Shown here: one piece after another, positions 61,104 through 64,000 of the stretch
How the letters are laid out: each line of letters begins with the position of its first letter
Position numbering within the stretch: position 1 is the first letter of the stretch
Virus record (IMG/VR): IMGVR_UViG_3300044542_000402
Origin: an uncultured virus (IMG/VR IMGVR_UViG_3300044542_000402)
Taxonomy: Duplodnaviria > Heunggongvirae > Uroviricota > Caudoviricetes > Herelleviridae
Length of the DNA stretch: 64,000 nucleotides
Direction: 5' to 3' (one strand)
Position numbers and translations under genes: made by a program
The notes under the pieces: generated by a model
What the model saw: the letters and a program-made list of their open reading frames with translations, nothing else
Told to the model about the DNA's origin: nothing
Database searches by the model: none

Positions 61104-63307
61104 CGATCACCGCACCGGCACCCGTCGTTCCCGACGACGGACCCGATCCCACTCTGCCGGACTCCCCGGCGTCTCCTGACACCGCCCCTGCGCCCGCATC
61201 CGCTCCGGCACCCGCGAGGGGCCGGCGTGGGGGTCGCAAGGCGCGCCGGCACCTGGAGGGCCGGTTCTCGACCTACCCGCACCTGCTGGCCTGCAAGCCG
61301 CGTCAGGGCTATGTCTTCCGGTCCGACTACTTCCACGTCGACGACTCGGTGGCCACCATCCTGGCCTACTTCCACAATGACGCCGCCCACGACGGCTGGC
61401 CGCCCTTCTGGGGCATCAACCGGATCCCCTACGGCCTGGACGAGCGGGTCACCACCGTCGTGCTGGAGCAGGTGGCTCGTCACGACGACCGGTGGGTCGA
61501 CCAGTACACCCGTCAGTCCGAGAAGCTGGACAACCTCGACGCCCGTGAGACCAGCGACACCGGCTCGATCGCCGCCCGGCGGCGTGCCGCCAAGGTGAGC
61601 GGCGACCTGGAGGGCATCATCGGGGAGATCCAGGACGGCGCGTCCTATCTGTCGGTCCAGGACCGTCTCCTCGTCAAGGCCCCCGACCTGGAGACTCTCG
61701 ACGCGTCGATGGAGCGCATCCGCAGGCTCTACAACGAGCTGTTCAAGACACTGTCCGCAGCGCCCTACACCGGGGCCCAGCGCGCCGAGCTGGCGGGCCT
61801 GCTGGCCCCCAACGATTCCAAGAAGGGTCCGGGCTTCCACCTCACCAGCACCGAGTACGCCGGCTCCTACTCGCTGGTCACCAACGGGCTCAGCGACCCG
61901 AACGGCGAGTACGTGGGCACGCTCACCGCCGACGTCAATTCGTCGGCGGTGCTGTTCGACGTCGATCGCTGGGCGCATCACGTCGTGGTGGCCGACGACG
62001 CCCGCTACGAGGAGCTGAACCGGGTCCACGTCTCCGACCTGTGGTGCTCCAAGATCAGTCAGGCCGGGCTGCTGGGCACCCACTCGGTGGTCCACATCGT
62101 GCTCGACGGGGCCGATCTGGATCAGCTGGGGCCCCGGTTCGACCGGCTCACCGCACGGGTCGATCTGGGACGCGGCGATGTCAACATGTTCGAGATGTTC
62201 GGCGATGTCGATGACGAGCTGGCGATCTACTCCACTCAGATGGAGAAGCTCAAGCTGATGTTCAACCAGCTCTACGAGTCCAGCGACGGCGCGGTGGCCT
62301 CCATCGTCGACTCGGCTCTGGAGCGCACGCTCACCGATTTCTACGTCGATCAGCGGATGTGGGTCCCCAACGCCAAGGCCCATCGCGACAAGTTGCGCGT
62401 GGTGGGCATCCCCCACGAGCAGGTGCCCCGCCTGCAGATGTTCCAGTCCTACCTGGACACCCGCTTCAAGGCCCTGTCGTCGAACTCCAGGTCGGCCTAC
62501 CAGGATCAGATCCGGGCCTACGACGTGCTGCGCGGCATCGCCCGCAGCATGCTCTCCACCAACGGCGACCTGTTCAACAACTTCACCGCCGACGCCGTCG
62601 ACGGGGTGCGCGACTCCCGTCGCGTCGTCTACGACCTGTCGCGGCTCATGCGACGGGGCCGGGGCGTGGCGATGGCCCAGCTCGTCAATGTGCTGGGCTT
62701 CGCCGTGGGCAAGCTGGGGCGCGGCGACATGGTCATCATCCACGGCACCGAGCACGTCGACGACCGGGTCAAGGACTACATGCGGACCCAGTTCGAGGCG
62801 CTGGCCGATCGCGGAGGACGGGTCGTCTACTCCTACAACAAGATCGACGCGATGATCGCCGACCGGGACTTCAACACCTTCGACGCGGCCGACTACACCG
62901 TTCTCGGCCCCATGCGCGACAAGACGGTCGAGGACTATCAGACGGCCCTGGTCCAGAAGATCGCCCCGGATCTCAAGATCGCCATCACCCAGCGCAGCGT
63001 TCCGATCTCGTATGTGCGGCGGGGCTTCACGAACGTGGTCTTCCGGTGGGACCTGGCCCTGGGCATCAATCCGGCCCGGGAGGCCGAGCGCCGCGAGATC
63101 CGGTTCCAGGCCGCGCGCGCCGAGACCGAGCGGCATTTCGCCGATCTGGCCGAGGCCGACCCGCAGACCGGGGCGGGCCCGGCCGGCGGCCGGACCACGC
63201 TGAGGCGCGGCCGGCCGAAGAAGTCGCGGGCGCGTCTGACGGCGCGCGCACAGCAGCGATCCGGGGCCGAGGGCTCTGTGGACGAGCAGAAGGAGAACAG
63301 CCGATGA
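61100..63307 (+). CDS. VirB4-like conjugation protein with degenerate ATPase motifs
   Basis: GLSDPNGEYVG...AVLFD, VNMFEMF, L.T.GDLFN, VVYDLSRL pattern typical of VirB4-family proteins; no Walker A. Confidence 0.55.
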   Translation: MTITAPAPVVPDDGPDPTLPDSPASPDTAPAPASAPAPARGRRGGRKARRHLEGRFSTYPHLLACKPRQGYVFRSDYFHVDDSVATILAYFHNDAAHDGWPPFWGINRIPYGLDERVTTVVLEQVARHDDRWVDQYTRQSEKLDNLDARETSDTGSIAARRRAAKVSGDLEGIIGEIQDGASYLSVQDRLLVKAPDLETLDASMERIRRLYNELFKTLSAAPYTGAQRAELAGLLAPNDSKKGPGFHLTSTEYAGSYSLVTNGLSDPNGEYVGTLTADVNSSAVLFDVDRWAHHVVVADDARYEELNRVHVSDLWCSKISQAGLLGTHSVVHIVLDGADLDQLGPRFDRLTARVDLGRGDVNMFEMFGDVDDELAIYSTQMEKLKLMFNQLYESSDGAVASIVDSALERTLTDFYVDQRMWVPNAKAHRDKLRVVGIPHEQVPRLQMFQSYLDTRFKALSSNSRSAYQDQIRAYDVLRGIARSMLSTNGDLFNNFTADAVDGVRDSRRVVYDLSRLMRRGRGVAMAQLVNVLGFAVGKLGRGDMVIIHGTEHVDDRVKDYMRTQFEALADRGGRVVYSYNKIDAMIADRDFNTFDAADYTVLGPMRDKTVEDYQTALVQKIAPDLKIAITQRSVPISYVRRGFTNVVFRWDLALGINPAREAERREIRFQAARAETERHFADLAEADPQTGAGPAGGRTTLRRGRPKKSRARLTARAQQRSGAEGSVDEQKENSR

Positions 63308-64000
63308 GCACGGTGAACGTGCAGGTCTCGCGCCGGTTCGTCGAACGGCACCGGTGGACCCGGATCACCGGGCTGGCGATCGTCGTGGTGATGATCGTCA
63401 CGGCCCTGGCCGCGGTGCTGGCACCGACGGCCCATGCCGACGACGGGGACGACTTCAGCCTGTACAAGGTGGCGTCCAGTGCCGCCAGCTACTTCAGCGA
63501 TCGGATCACTCCTGACAAGGGCGGTACGATTCCCGGTCTGGAGAACGATTGGCAGGGTATCGGCGACAGCACCTCATCGGGTGGTTCCCTGCTCGGCTAT
63601 GCCGACCAGTCCATCACCAAGGGCTTCAACAAGTGGTTCCAGTCCAACGTCTCCGGTTCCGCGCAGACCATCCAGTACAGCGCGCTGAAGAGCCTGGGCA
63701 GCCATTCCGCCGGTCCGTTGAAGTTCGCCCGCTTCGGGGCCGCCAATGCCGATCTGGGTCTGGACTCGATGCACTCGGGATTCGGCGGGGCCTCGGTCTT
63801 CCACCTCCTTGGCGGCGGGCTCATGCTCATCGTCTACCTGCTGAGCTACGCGGCGTCGTGGATCATGGGCCTGGTCATCCGGCTCCTCCAGCTGCTCAAC
63901 CCGTTCGCATGGTTCCGCACCGGGATTGAGAACACCACGTTCGCCTCGGCGCTGTCCGGCGACACGAAGGTGCCCGGGGTGCTCGGCGGGGCCGTCGGCT
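63304..64000 (+). CDS. Large membrane protein, truncated by the window end (possible T4SS channel subunit)
   Basis: ATG overlaps the previous stop; open to 64000; signal-like and TM segments. Confidence 0.55.
   Translation, partial: MSTVNVQVSRRFVERHRWTRITGLAIVVVMIVTALAAVLAPTAHADDGDDFSLYKVASSAASYFSDRITPDKGGTIPGLENDWQGIGDSTSSGGSLLGYADQSITKGFNKWFQSNVSGSAQTIQYSALKSLGSHSAGPLKFARFGAANADLGLDSMHSGFGGASVFHLLGGGLMLIVYLLSYAASWIMGLVIRLLQLLNPFAWFRTGIENTTFASALSGDTKVPGVLGGAVG

Overview
High-GC actinobacterial DNA (Lsr2, class F sortase and codon style suggest Propionibacteriaceae or a relative; this is inference) that reads as part of a large conjugative plasmid or similar element, not a chromosome. Left part: a self-contained replication module (family-B-like DNA polymerase, D5/P4-type primase-helicase, AT-rich origin with GTTCTCA repeats, RecJ), Lsr2, and a type II partition locus (GAGACCA repeat field, RHH gene, ParM/StbA actin). 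Middle (about 19-50 kb): a nearly single-orientation minus-strand array of small genes (HD hydrolase, ParB-like protein, two SSBs, secreted nuclease, PNK-phosphatase-RNA ligase, ATP-grasp protein), two tRNAs and several tRNA-like RNAs, with a decayed integrative-mobilisable element inserted at tRNA-Thr. Right part: sortase-anchored surface protein, Tat-exported GH36, sortase, topoisomerase IA, a homing endonuclease and the start of a conjugation operon. The main unexplained signals are (1) about 18 strand-specific copies of a 'short-loop hairpin + CCGGG' element upstream of minus-strand genes and RNAs, often paired with a CCCCGCAGC...GCTGCGGGG palindrome, and (2) a 147-nt tRNA-Ala-like RNA whose anticodon loop is replaced by a large structured insert. 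All calls come from motif reading only; no database searches were run.
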